Both the position numbers and the translations under genes were made by a program. From the NCBI GenBank assembly GCA_963663225.1, contig OY760142.1, forward strand, positions 224,001-288,000: a DNA stretch of 64,000 nt, read 5' to 3'. Positions 30,069 to 40,107 of this stretch are shown piece by piece. The notes beneath the pieces were generated by a model. The model saw only the letters and a list, made by a program, of their open reading frames with translations, was not told the origin of the DNA and searched no databases. The stretch's first letter is position 1; every line of letters begins with the position of its first letter. This DNA is from Nitrospirota bacterium (lineage in GTDB: Bacteria; Nitrospirota; UBA9217).

Positions 30069-30887
30069 ATGACTATACCATACATAAAACAATATGAAAC
30101 CCAATTACATTCGCGACATTATATTCGAAATGCGACTGCTGCAAATTATTGGTATGATTTTTCTGCAAATCGTGTATCCACTTATGTTAATAATTACCAT
30201 GACGATTTCTGCATGGTTATCAATGGCTCAGAAACTGAGAACGACGCCTATGTCTTGCCATATAAAGTCTTTAAAGGTTTTTTTACTGAAGATTACCTTG
30301 ATCACCGAAACCGTTGGAATGGTACCATCAAAGACAATATCATCAAACTCACATTGACAGCGAATAACAAGCCAAACAAATATCTATCCGTTGGTGCTTT
30401 TTATAATGCCTTTTCATTTCTCGTCTCAAACCTGCCCGATGAGAATGAAATTCATGTAGTAACGACAGATAGCTTAGAAATCAATCTTTCAAATCTGCAG
30501 AAACTGATTCAGGAGTTTAACGAGCATTACTCAAGTATTGCTCCGGAAAAGCGGATTACCGTATCGGAACGAATCGCGAGACCCAATGCAATCACAGATT
30601 ATATTAAGAAAATTCAAAAATTTACTTGCCAGATATGCAAGCTTCCCGGCTTTCAACAAAAAAACGGTTCCAAATATATCGAAGCCCATCACATCATAGA
30701 ACTGCATGACTTAATTCCAGGATCATACTGCTCTGACAACATCATTACAGCCTGCCCAACTTGTCATAGGAAGCTACATTACGCATCTGTATTGTACCAG
30801 ACTCAAAACGAGCAAATAGTATCTGTCATTATTAATGGCCAAGCTTATTCTTTTCAAAGAAATGTTATTTCTGAAAAAGTAAAGTAG
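30069..30887 (+). CDS. Cassette ORF: HNH endonuclease (McrA-like C-terminus)
   Basis: CQIC...YIEAHHIIEL...NIITACPTCHRKLH. N-terminal domain unrecognised. AT-rich. Confidence 0.85.
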   Translation: MTIPYIKQYETQLHSRHYIRNATAANYWYDFSANRVSTYVNNYHDDFCMVINGSETENDAYVLPYKVFKGFFTEDYLDHRNRWNGTIKDNIIKLTLTANNKPNKYLSVGAFYNAFSFLVSNLPDENEIHVVTTDSLEINLSNLQKLIQEFNEHYSSIAPEKRITVSERIARPNAITDYIKKIQKFTCQICKLPGFQQKNGSKYIEAHHIIELHDLIPGSYCSDNIITACPTCHRKLHYASVLYQTQNEQIVSVIINGQAYSFQRNVISEKVK

Positions 30888-30888
30888 G

Positions 30889-30948
30889 GCCTAACGTGTC
30901 GTTCGAGTCCCGCGCTCAAGCAGCGCGGGGCTCAACTCGTCGTTCTCC
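30889..30948 (+). mobile_element. attC site 2 (60 bp)
   Basis: GCCTAAC-GTGTC-GTT(C)GAG-TCCCGCGCT-CAAGC-AGCGCGGGG-CTCAAC-TCGTC-GTTCTCC, with a canonical extrahelical base. Confidence 0.85.
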
Positions 30949-31018
30949 CCTCGCTTCGCAAACGAGGGGAGAATCCCGGGGCTGAGCCTAAGCCCCATCC
31001 CCTTGCAAAAACGCTCGG

Positions 31019-31076
31019 GGAGAACCAGGGGCTCGAAACCTACCGCTAACGCGGAGGCTCAGCCCCGGGATTAGTC
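31019..31076 (+). mobile_element. attC site 3 (58 bp; core GTT>ATT), closing an ORF-less cassette
   Basis: GGAGAAC-CAGGG-GCT(C)GA..CCGC-TAAC-GCGG..CTCAGC-CCCGGG-ATTAGTC. The inverse core GGAGAAC is complementary to the GTTCTCC that opens the cassette. Confidence 0.7.
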
Positions 31077-31117
31077 CATGACAGAAGCTATTCACACCCG
31101 TAAGGAGACTTTTCACA

Positions 31118-31864
31118 GTGGACATCCCACGGATATTCAACATTACTGAAAGTGCTCACCGCATCCACAACCCGTTCACAGCCGAAAAGCTCGCCACTCT
31201 CGGCGCGGCGCTGCGTCTGGAATCGGGAGCCCGAGTGCTCGACCTCGGCAGCGGTTCTGGAGAGATGCTGTGTACCTGGGCACGCGATCACGGCGTCATC
31301 GGCACCGGCATCGACATGAGCAAGTTATTCACCGAGCAAGCGAAACTCCGTGCTGAAGAACTCGGCGTCGCCCATCAAGTCAAGTTCATCCATGGCGATG
31401 CTGCCGGCTATGTCTCTGACGAGAAGGTCGATGTGGCAGCCTGTCTCGGTGCCACTTGGATCGCCGGGGGATTCACGGGCACTATCGAACTTCTGGCGCG
31501 GAGCCTGCGCACCGGAGGGATCATCCTCATCGGCGAGCCCTACTGGCGGCAGTTACCGCCGACGGAAGATGTTGCCAAGGGGTGTCTTGCCAACTCAATC
31601 TCCGACTTTCTCATGCTTCCAGAACTTCTCGCGTCTTTCGGCCACCTTGGCTACGATGTCGTTGAAATGGTTCTGGCTGACCAAGACGGCTGGGACAGAT
31701 ACGAGGCGGCCAAATGGCTCACCATGCGCCGATGGCTTGAAGCCAATCCCGACGACGAGTTAGCGAAAGATGTTCGAGCCAAACTGACCTCGGAACCCGA
31801 GCGCTACGCCGCTTACACGCGTGAATACCTGGGCTGGGGTGTGTTCGCGCTGATGCCGCGGTGA
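31118..31864 (+). CDS. Cassette ORF: class I SAM-dependent methyltransferase, YjhP-like
   Basis: MDIPRIFNITESAHRIHNP, LDLGSGSGE, YTREYLGWGVFAL (recalled as E. coli YjhP-like). Visibly more GC-rich than the neighbouring cassettes. Confidence 0.85.
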   Translation: MDIPRIFNITESAHRIHNPFTAEKLATLGAALRLESGARVLDLGSGSGEMLCTWARDHGVIGTGIDMSKLFTEQAKLRAEELGVAHQVKFIHGDAAGYVSDEKVDVAACLGATWIAGGFTGTIELLARSLRTGGIILIGEPYWRQLPPTEDVAKGCLANSISDFLMLPELLASFGHLGYDVVEMVLADQDGWDRYEAAKWLTMRRWLEANPDDELAKDVRAKLTSEPERYAAYTREYLGWGVFALMPR

Positions 31865-31910
31865 TGCGGGGATTACCGGGCGACTCAAAAAGTGGAGAAA
31901 ATCCAATCAT

Positions 31911-31970
31911 GCCTACCAAGTCATTTAAGCCTATACCGCTGCGCGGAGAGGTTTAATTCAGGCATTAAAT
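31911..31970 (+). mobile_element. attC site 4 (60 bp, degenerate)
   Basis: GCCTACC-AAGTC-ATTTAAG-CCT..CCGC-TGC-GCGG..AGG-TTTAAT-TCAGGC-ATTAAAT. aadA/Pseudomonas-like architecture with both cores mutated. Confidence 0.7.
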
Positions 31971-31989
31971 ATCGAGGTGTATTGAAATT

Positions 31990-33204
31990 ATGGCTCATAT
32001 CTCGCTGCAAGAACTCCAATCCCGCTGGGACCGCTGTCGAAAGCTGCTGAAGGAGCATGTCCCTGCTGCAGAAGGTCTGTTCGTCTTTTCCCGACTGAAC
32101 ATCTATTACTTCACCGGCACCTTCGGGAATGGCGTGTTCTATCTTCCGCTCCAGGGCGAACCTGTGCTGCTCTGCAGGCGCGGCTATGATCGCGCATCCA
32201 TCGAATCGCCCGTGAAAAGGATCGTTCCGTTTTACAGTTACAAGGACGTGGAAGGTGTGCTCCGGGATGCGGGAGCGCCGATGGGCAAAACCGTTGCCGT
32301 GGAGATGAATGGGCTTTCATGGATGCTGGGAAACAGCTTCTCCAAGTATCTGCCTGGCAGCTCGTTCCTGTCCGATGACAAGGTGATCTCGATGACGCGG
32401 AGCCGGAAGTCCGCGTGGGAATTGGAGCGGATTCGGACCGCAGGGGCAAAGCATAAGACCTGCCTGGTTGACCTGCTTCCGCGGCTCCTGCAGAAAGGCA
32501 TGTCCGAACTCGAGATGGCGCATACCATTTCTCACCTTTTCTTCTCCCAAGGCCATCAGGGCATCCTGCGCACGGAGAATTACGGGGAAGAGGTCTACCT
32601 CGGCTATATCTCCATCGGCGAGAGTGGGAATTATCCCAGTGTGTTCAACGGACCCCTCGGCCTGCGCGGTGTCCATCCGGCGATACCTCACATGGGTTCC
32701 CAGCAGGTGCTCTGGGAAGAAGGAATGCCGTTGACCATCGATAACGGATTCATGCATGAAGGCTATCAGACGGACAAGACCCAGGTCTACTGGCTTGGAG
32801 AGAGGAACACGATCCCCTCTCAGGTCCAGGCAGCGTTCGACTGCTGCGTCGAGATCCAGGCGCGGACCGCGGAGCAACTGAAACCCGGCGTCCGGCCGTC
32901 GGACCTTTGGGAGCAGAGCCTGCAATATGCGGAGAAAAAGGGCTTCGAAGACGGGTTCATGGGCCTGGACCGGAACAAGGTGCCCTTTTTGGGCCACGGC
33001 ATCGGTCTCGCCATTGATGAGTATCCGGCAATTGCGAAAGAGTTTGATCTACCTCTTGAAGAGAGCTGTGTGCTGGCCATCGAGCCGAAGATAGGAATTC
33101 CCTGCGTGGGCATGGTCGGCGTGGAGAACACCTTCGAAGTCACGGCCAAGGGCGGGAGGTGCCTCACCGGAGAGAAACACGAGATCATTTGCGTGGCATC
33201 GTAG
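31990..33204 (+). CDS. Xaa-Pro aminopeptidase family (M24) peptidase
   Basis: Creatinase N-domain and metal ligands TID, TDKT, GHGIG, AIEP, GVEN. Confidence 0.9.
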   Translation: MAHISLQELQSRWDRCRKLLKEHVPAAEGLFVFSRLNIYYFTGTFGNGVFYLPLQGEPVLLCRRGYDRASIESPVKRIVPFYSYKDVEGVLRDAGAPMGKTVAVEMNGLSWMLGNSFSKYLPGSSFLSDDKVISMTRSRKSAWELERIRTAGAKHKTCLVDLLPRLLQKGMSELEMAHTISHLFFSQGHQGILRTENYGEEVYLGYISIGESGNYPSVFNGPLGLRGVHPAIPHMGSQQVLWEEGMPLTIDNGFMHEGYQTDKTQVYWLGERNTIPSQVQAAFDCCVEIQARTAEQLKPGVRPSDLWEQSLQYAEKKGFEDGFMGLDRNKVPFLGHGIGLAIDEYPAIAKEFDLPLEESCVLAIEPKIGIPCVGMVGVENTFEVTAKGGRCLTGEKHEIICVAS

Positions 33205-33447
33205 AATCTGAACAGACATCGAGGGACACGACAGATTATCGATGGCGACTATTTCTATCACATGAAATCTCCGACTCCTCCATTATCCTTCCCCTTCTAA
33301 ACCCGCGTAAACCGTGCACTAAAATTTGCTAAAAACATTCTCAGTACAGAAATTCTGCTCATACAATATGTAAGAACATCCAGCTTAATTTCGTTTGCAT
33401 TACCTCCTGCTCAATGAGATAATGCAGTTAAATTTTCTGGAGATTTT

Positions 33448-34275
33448 ATGTCATTTATTCCCGGCCTTGTGCCAGTAAAAAACTCCACCAAAGACGACTG
33501 GTGGTTTATCATCTGTGGTTCCAGCCTTCTGGTTACCCTGTCAGAAACCGACGCAGCTGTTCCCCGCTCACCCCAAATAGCGTTTCTGAAAGAAAAGCTC
33601 TCGAAAATATCATATCTGGGAAGGTTGGACGACGCAGGATGTTTTGTTGCCGAACTGCAGGAACGCGGAGAAGAACTTCAAGGGATGCGCTTGCAGGAAT
33701 TACGTCCTCTTCTCGGGTTGCTGAGCGATGAAATGTTTTCCATTGCCGGCCGCGCTTTTCAGCTCCTGCACTGGGACCAAACGCACCAGTTCTGCAGCAG
33801 ATGCGGGTCGCGCACAGGACCAAAGAAGGATGAACGGGCAAAATTGTGCCCTCAGTGCGGCCTGGTCGATTACCCGGCCATCTCTCCGGCAATCATCGTG
33901 GCTGTCGTTAAAGACCGTGAAATACTTCTGGCACAGGCCCGGCGGTTCGTCACCCGGTTCTACAGCGTGCTCGCCGGTTTTGTTGAGCCCGGAGAAACCT
34001 TTGAGGAATGTGTACAACGAGAAGTCAAGGAGGAAGTGGGCCTCGACGTGGACCGCATCGAATATTTCGGCAGCCAGCCATGGCCCTTCCCCAATTCCCT
34101 GATGGTCGCCTTTACGGCGGTACATGCAGGCGGTGAAATCAAGATCGACGGGACAGAAATCGTCGACGCGCAATGGTTTGCAGCGAACGCCCTTCCCGAA
34201 ATACCCAAAAAAGGAGCAATTGCCCGGCGATTGATCGACTGGTTTGTGGAGAATCAAAAAAGCACTACTGCCTGA
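33448..34275 (+). CDS. nudC: NAD(+)/NADH diphosphatase
   Basis: Zn-ribbon CSRC/CPQC, Nudix box GFVEPGETFEECVQREVKEEVG, SQPWPFPNS. Confidence 0.95.
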   Translation: MSFIPGLVPVKNSTKDDWWFIICGSSLLVTLSETDAAVPRSPQIAFLKEKLSKISYLGRLDDAGCFVAELQERGEELQGMRLQELRPLLGLLSDEMFSIAGRAFQLLHWDQTHQFCSRCGSRTGPKKDERAKLCPQCGLVDYPAISPAIIVAVVKDREILLAQARRFVTRFYSVLAGFVEPGETFEECVQREVKEEVGLDVDRIEYFGSQPWPFPNSLMVAFTAVHAGGEIKIDGTEIVDAQWFAANALPEIPKKGAIARRLIDWFVENQKSTTA

Positions 34276-34416
34276 CGGGCGACGGGCAGATGCCGGAAAA
34301 ACGCTGCGGGAACCAAAAACATGTGCCTCCGCTCTATAAAACAAAAGGCAGAGTGCTCTGCATACTGCACTTCGCACCCTGCCTCATAACGAGTTTCAAA
34401 TATATTGCAATAGTAT

Positions 34417-34989
34417 TTATTTTCTCGATGTATCGATGATGTATCCTGCTATGAGACCGCCTACTTGCAAAGGTAACATTTTATCCGTAGCACCGGCAGA
34501 ATACGCTCCTGCAAATGGGTTTGTATCCTCTCTGATATCTCGTTCACTCACAAGGTTTCCCGAAGCAGCATCGATCAGCTTCACATGAACAGTCATCTCT
34601 GATCTTCCTGCCATGTCACCGAGCCAGATTCGTGCCCCAGTACCCACAATCCTCATTTGAGTCAATTCCCCTTGCACGATCAGCGTCGAATCCGACCGCT
34701 CTGCAGTCGAAACATATTTTACATTTTCAAACAAATTTGATTTCATCAACTCTGCGGCACAACTTGATTGAGCATCCGCTAACACTCCCTTCGGATTATC
34801 AGTTTCCTGGACGCCCCTCGGAGTTATGAAAAAATTTACCAGTTGGACATTTTTATATTTCATATCAGCTTTAGATAGTCTTTCATACGGATTTGTTTTG
34901 ACTTCTTCGTTACGATGACACGCTGATACAACCAACAGCACGCTTAAGATACCTACCACAACCATTGATAACCTTGCAGAATTCCTCAT
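34417..34989 (-). CDS. Lipoprotein, DUF4410-like
   Basis: Lipobox VSAC, G.GARIWLG.MAGRS motif. Confidence 0.6.
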   Translation of the reverse strand: MRNSARLSMVVVGILSVLLVVSACHRNEEVKTNPYERLSKADMKYKNVQLVNFFITPRGVQETDNPKGVLADAQSSCAAELMKSNLFENVKYVSTAERSDSTLIVQGELTQMRIVGTGARIWLGDMAGRSEMTVHVKLIDAASGNLVSERDIREDTNPFAGAYSAGATDKMLPLQVGGLIAGYIIDTSRK

Positions 34990-35161
34990 TATCTTCCTCT
35001 CCTTTTGCGAACTGCCTCTAAAATAAATTTTATTTGCCTATTATTTTATGTAATTTAGTGCAATTTTATGCAATTCTACGCTTTTCTTTGCATTAAATCA
35101 AATTTATTTCCTATCTCACCAGAGACGTTTGACTATTTATATAAAACCAATTTATTTGTTG

Positions 35162-35190
35162 TTGACATATTTAAATTGTTATTGTATGTT
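35162..35190 (+). promoter_or_regulatory. sigma70-type promoter of the HD-GYP gene
   Basis: TTGACA-N17-TATGTT in an AT-rich intergenic region. Confidence 0.5.
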
Positions 35191-35280
35191 TTATTTTACG
35201 CATATTTATATTTATTTCGGATTCTAACTATTTTCCGTTTGGATCAATGAAGGCAGGTCGTTTGAGGAGCATTTATTTTG

Positions 35281-36348
35281 ATGACAGAGCAGTCTTTAAA
35301 TAGGAACCACGTAATACTAGTTGTTGATGATGATCATCCGGTACTTGAAGCAATAAGCGCGCAGCTTGACGCATGTGGATATACCGTAGTAACGTGCCTC
35401 AATGCACAGGAAGCCATTGACAAGTATCAATCCACCGACATTGATGTTATTCTTACGGACATCAAGATGCCCGGGCTTTCCGGCATCGAGCTTGCTGAAA
35501 GAATCCACGCATTAAACGCCGATGTTCCGATTATTCTCATCACTGCATACGCAGATATAAAAACCGCTGTTGACGCGATCCATGGGGGCGCTTTTGATTT
35601 TATAACCAAACCGTATAAATTCGATTATCTGAAGGAATCAGTGAAAAAGGCAATACGATTTACTGAAATGGTTCGGCATGAGAAGGACTATAAGCGCATC
35701 CTTGAAGAAGAGGTCAGACAAAAGACCAAATCTCTTTCTGATATGAGCAGGGAGTTTATCGTACGTTTGACAACGGTTGCGGAATTCAGGGACGAAGATA
35801 CAGGCGCGCATATTTCGAGGATAGGATTGTATGCGAAGGAGATCTCCGAAACTCTCGGCATGCCTTTCGATTTTATCGACCGAATAAGTCTTGCAGGCTC
35901 ACTCCACGATATCGGCAAGGTGGGGATACCGGATAGCATTCTTCTGAAGCCCGGCCCATTGACGAAATATGAATTTGAAATCATGAAAACACACACTACA
36001 CTTGGCGCAAAGGTGTTTGCAGGTTCAACACATCCTACCATTCAGCTTGCTGAATCCATTGCATTAAACCACCACGAGCGGTGGGATGGAAAAGGCTATC
36101 CACGCGGATTGCAGGGCGATGCCATCCCGATCGAAGGCAGCATAATTATGCTTGTCGATCAGTATGATGCATTGAGAAGCAAACGTCCGTACAAACCGGC
36201 CTTTGAACACGAGGCGGCTTACAAAATTATTACGACAGGCGACAACAGAACTGCGCCCACACAATTTTCCCCGGCTGTTTTAAACGCCTTCATAAAAAAA
36301 GCAAGAATCTTTAATGATATTTTTGATGTCAATCAAGATCAGTTATAA
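35281..36348 (+). CDS. REC + HD-GYP cyclic-di-GMP phosphodiesterase
   Basis: LTDIKMPG receiver, HDIGKVG, HHERWDGKGYP, RPYK. Confidence 0.93.
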   Translation: MTEQSLNRNHVILVVDDDHPVLEAISAQLDACGYTVVTCLNAQEAIDKYQSTDIDVILTDIKMPGLSGIELAERIHALNADVPIILITAYADIKTAVDAIHGGAFDFITKPYKFDYLKESVKKAIRFTEMVRHEKDYKRILEEEVRQKTKSLSDMSREFIVRLTTVAEFRDEDTGAHISRIGLYAKEISETLGMPFDFIDRISLAGSLHDIGKVGIPDSILLKPGPLTKYEFEIMKTHTTLGAKVFAGSTHPTIQLAESIALNHHERWDGKGYPRGLQGDAIPIEGSIIMLVDQYDALRSKRPYKPAFEHEAAYKIITTGDNRTAPTQFSPAVLNAFIKKARIFNDIFDVNQDQL

Positions 36349-36447
36349 CTTTAATCACTGCGGCTTCATTTGAATCCCCAGGAGAGCTCGTCCCCCTCCC
36401 CTCTTGCATTGCGTATCAGCATGCCGGAATACCACCTTGCATTCTGA

Positions 36448-37443
<996 letters not shown>

Positions 37444-37536
37444 ACGAGACCCTTCCTTTCTTTATTCCGGACACCGCAAAAATGAGTTCATGTGCGAGAA
37501 AATCTTACCTCCGCATATGATGACGGAATACCACCG

Positions 37537-38019
37537 TCATATCCAGCGCCGTACGCGTTTTTTGTACTCGAGATAGTCCCGTCCGAACGCGTGTTCCAGA
37601 TACCGTTCCTCCCCCGCGATAACATAGTACCTGACTATTGCGATCACCACGGGCGCCAAAACAAGCGCCCAGAAGATACCAAACCAGAATGCGCACCCCA
37701 TATAGACAAAAAGCAGGCTGAGATACATGGGATTTCGCGTAAAACGATAAGGGCCTGAAGTGACCAGCACAGTACTTGGCTTGAACGGCAGCAGGCTGGT
37801 GCGCTTGCGCAAAAACCAGGCGAAACTCCACAGGCCGAGTATCGCCGAAATTCCCGCACAGAGGAAAGACAAGACCTGGCTGATTCCGGATGGAAGCGCA
37901 ATCAGCGGAAAAAACCGCTCCAGAAAAACACCGATTCCGAATACTCCGGCATAGATTGCCGGAGGAGGTATCCGTATGCCGGCATGATAAGGAGAACTTC
38001 CGCCAGATGCAGCATTCAT
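37537..38019 (-). CDS. Isoprenylcysteine carboxyl methyltransferase/PEMT-family membrane protein
   Basis: LVTSGPYRFTRNPMY, EERYLEHAFG.DY.EYKKRVRRW. Confidence 0.9.
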   Translation of the reverse strand: MNAASGGSSPYHAGIRIPPPAIYAGVFGIGVFLERFFPLIALPSGISQVLSFLCAGISAILGLWSFAWFLRKRTSLLPFKPSTVLVTSGPYRFTRNPMYLSLLFVYMGCAFWFGIFWALVLAPVVIAIVRYYVIAGEERYLEHAFGRDYLEYKKRVRRWI

Positions 38020-38079
38020 GTTTCAGCGCCCGCGCCTGCCGCTGCCGGGCATAAGCCATCGGCAGCCAACGAGCACACG

Positions 38080-38430
38080 TTATAATTCCGGTGCACTTGA
38101 CGGCACCAGGCAGACGAACGTAAAAGGAGCACTCCCGGCATTCCTGATCTGATGCTCTTCATTGCCCGGGATAAGTACCACCGTACCTGCTTTTGCTGTA
38201 TGCCATTGCCCCTTGCAAAATATTTCCCCCTCGCCGGCATGGACAAAAATTTCATGTTCCCATGCATGGGCGTGTTTCGGCGTATTTCCTGACGGAGCGA
38301 TTTCGAACACTCTCATGCAAAAGTTGTTTGCACCATCAGCTTTGCCGAGAACAACGCGTCCCGCGATCCCTTTTGCCTTATCGTTGTTAATATGGGTCGG
38401 TTGCACATCAGAATATTTTTTAATCAACAT
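38080..38430 (-). CDS. Cupin-domain protein
   Basis: HAHAWEHEIFV and IPGNEEHQ cupin motifs. GGAGGA RBS. Confidence 0.9.
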   Translation of the reverse strand: MLIKKYSDVQPTHINNDKAKGIAGRVVLGKADGANNFCMRVFEIAPSGNTPKHAHAWEHEIFVHAGEGEIFCKGQWHTAKAGTVVLIPGNEEHQIRNAGSAPFTFVCLVPSSAPEL

Positions 38431-38524
38431 ACGTTCCTCCTTGCACATGATACCGATATGGTCGGTGTTTATCGCCTCGCTTTTTTTCTTTCCGTATAAC
38501 AGACAGCAGCATCAGGCCTGTTTG

Positions 38525-39694
38525 CTAACGCTCATCATGCAACCCCGGATATTTGACAAGCAACCCCAGTATGCCTCCCAGAATGGGGAGCACGGTAATA
38601 AATTCCAGGGCCGCAGGCACTCCGTATGCGTCAGCAATGACACCCATGATGGTGACGCCGACTCCTCCTGTTCCTATGGCAAACCCGGCCGTGAGTCCGG
38701 ATGCCATTCCGACATTGTCAGGCAGCAGATGCTGGGACATTGCCATGGTGACGGCAAAAGATGAAATAAGCGTTATTCCGAGCGCGCCAAAAACAATAAA
38801 CAGTAAAATGCCTTTTGCGACAAAAATAAGGGGAAGGATCACCCCGGATATGATCATGGAGCCGACCAAAAACTGTTTATGGCCCCAGCGGTCTGCCAGG
38901 CGCGCGCCAGCCAGCGTGCCGATAACGGCAGTCAGCAGAAAAACCGACACCAACATTCCCGCGTACATGGGATCGCCTTTTAAGTGATCCTTGTAGTAAA
39001 AAGGGATATAGGTGATCAGCCCGAATTGCGTCCAGGATCTCATAATGACGGCGCCAATGACCAGGGCAAGAGCACCATAGGCTGCTTTCGGAGTCGCTTT
39101 CTTCCCTACTGCATTCCTGTCTGCTTTTACCCTGTCAGGGACCTGAATGGTTTTCCAGAAAATGCCGACAAGGAAGAGGAACAATATTGAAAAAACGATC
39201 ATGAGAGGCAGCAACGGAAGGCCATAGTGGGTAATGAGGAAAAATGTGAAAAACGGCCCAAGCGCAAACCCCAGATTGCCGCCCACGGCAAATATGGACA
39301 TTCCGGTGGCTTTCTTCTCACCGGTAAAATATGACGCGGTTTTGAATCCTTCAGGATGAAACGCGGCTACACCAAGCCCGCTCAGCAGAACGAGCAGGAG
39401 AATAACGGCATACTGAGAGGAAAACGTGATCAGCGAAAATCCTATCCCGGCAAAGAGACACCCTAACGGCAAAAGCAGAGGCCTCTCTTTTTTATCTGAA
39501 ATCAGTCCGAAAAGAGGTTGGATAATGGATGAAGACAGATTGGACGCAATAAGGATAAACCCCACTGCGGTATAGGAAAGCCCGAGTTTATCTTTGAGAA
39601 ACGGCAAAGCCGCAGGAAGGGCGCCCTGGTAAATATCGGTCATGCAGTGTCCAAAGGAGAGCAGAAGAAGAATGTTAAGGTTGAATTTTTTCAT
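38525..39694 (-). CDS. MFS transporter (Fsr-like)
   Basis: About 12 hydrophobic segments, QPLFG, AFHPE, GGNLGFALGP. Confidence 0.88.
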   Translation of the reverse strand: MKKFNLNILLLLSFGHCMTDIYQGALPAALPFLKDKLGLSYTAVGFILIASNLSSSIIQPLFGLISDKKERPLLLPLGCLFAGIGFSLITFSSQYAVILLLVLLSGLGVAAFHPEGFKTASYFTGEKKATGMSIFAVGGNLGFALGPFFTFFLITHYGLPLLPLMIVFSILFLFLVGIFWKTIQVPDRVKADRNAVGKKATPKAAYGALALVIGAVIMRSWTQFGLITYIPFYYKDHLKGDPMYAGMLVSVFLLTAVIGTLAGARLADRWGHKQFLVGSMIISGVILPLIFVAKGILLFIVFGALGITLISSFAVTMAMSQHLLPDNVGMASGLTAGFAIGTGGVGVTIMGVIADAYGVPAALEFITVLPILGGILGLLVKYPGLHDER

Positions 39695-40107
39695 TCACAT
39701 CGTATCCGTGAAATTCAGATGAATTCTTGGATACTATACCATCGATTTAAAAGAATCAATCATATTTAACTCATGATTTGGACATCAGGCACCCTGCATT
39801 TTTTTCTTTCCTTTTTCCATAATATATTGATAATATGGTGCATAAAATTATTGTGCGTCATTATTTTGTCAATTATTCGCTTCTCGATGAGAGTATAAGC
39901 GTTATAAAAATAACGTATTATTACTGCAAAAAGAATTCACCGTCTCAAATAAAAGCATTTTTTTCTTTAATTTCAATACGTTTTCATATAAGATATATTC
40001 ATCGCATTTGTGGTACAAAAAATGCAGTTGTTTGACCGAAATACTTTGTATTAACCGTTTCCGGGTATTTCTATTTTACACATGAATCTTTTTCCGGAGG
40101 TAACGTT

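Noticed and set aside
29307-30887. Cyclase + HNH as a fixed two-gene Pycsar/CBASS-like operon
   Set aside because: An attC separates them, so they are independent cassettes, and no cyclic-nucleotide-binding domain is visible. Kept only as a testable possibility.
29988-31970. CRISPR array or REP repeats
   Set aside because: The palindromes differ in sequence and are mostly separated by whole genes. Their structure fits attC.
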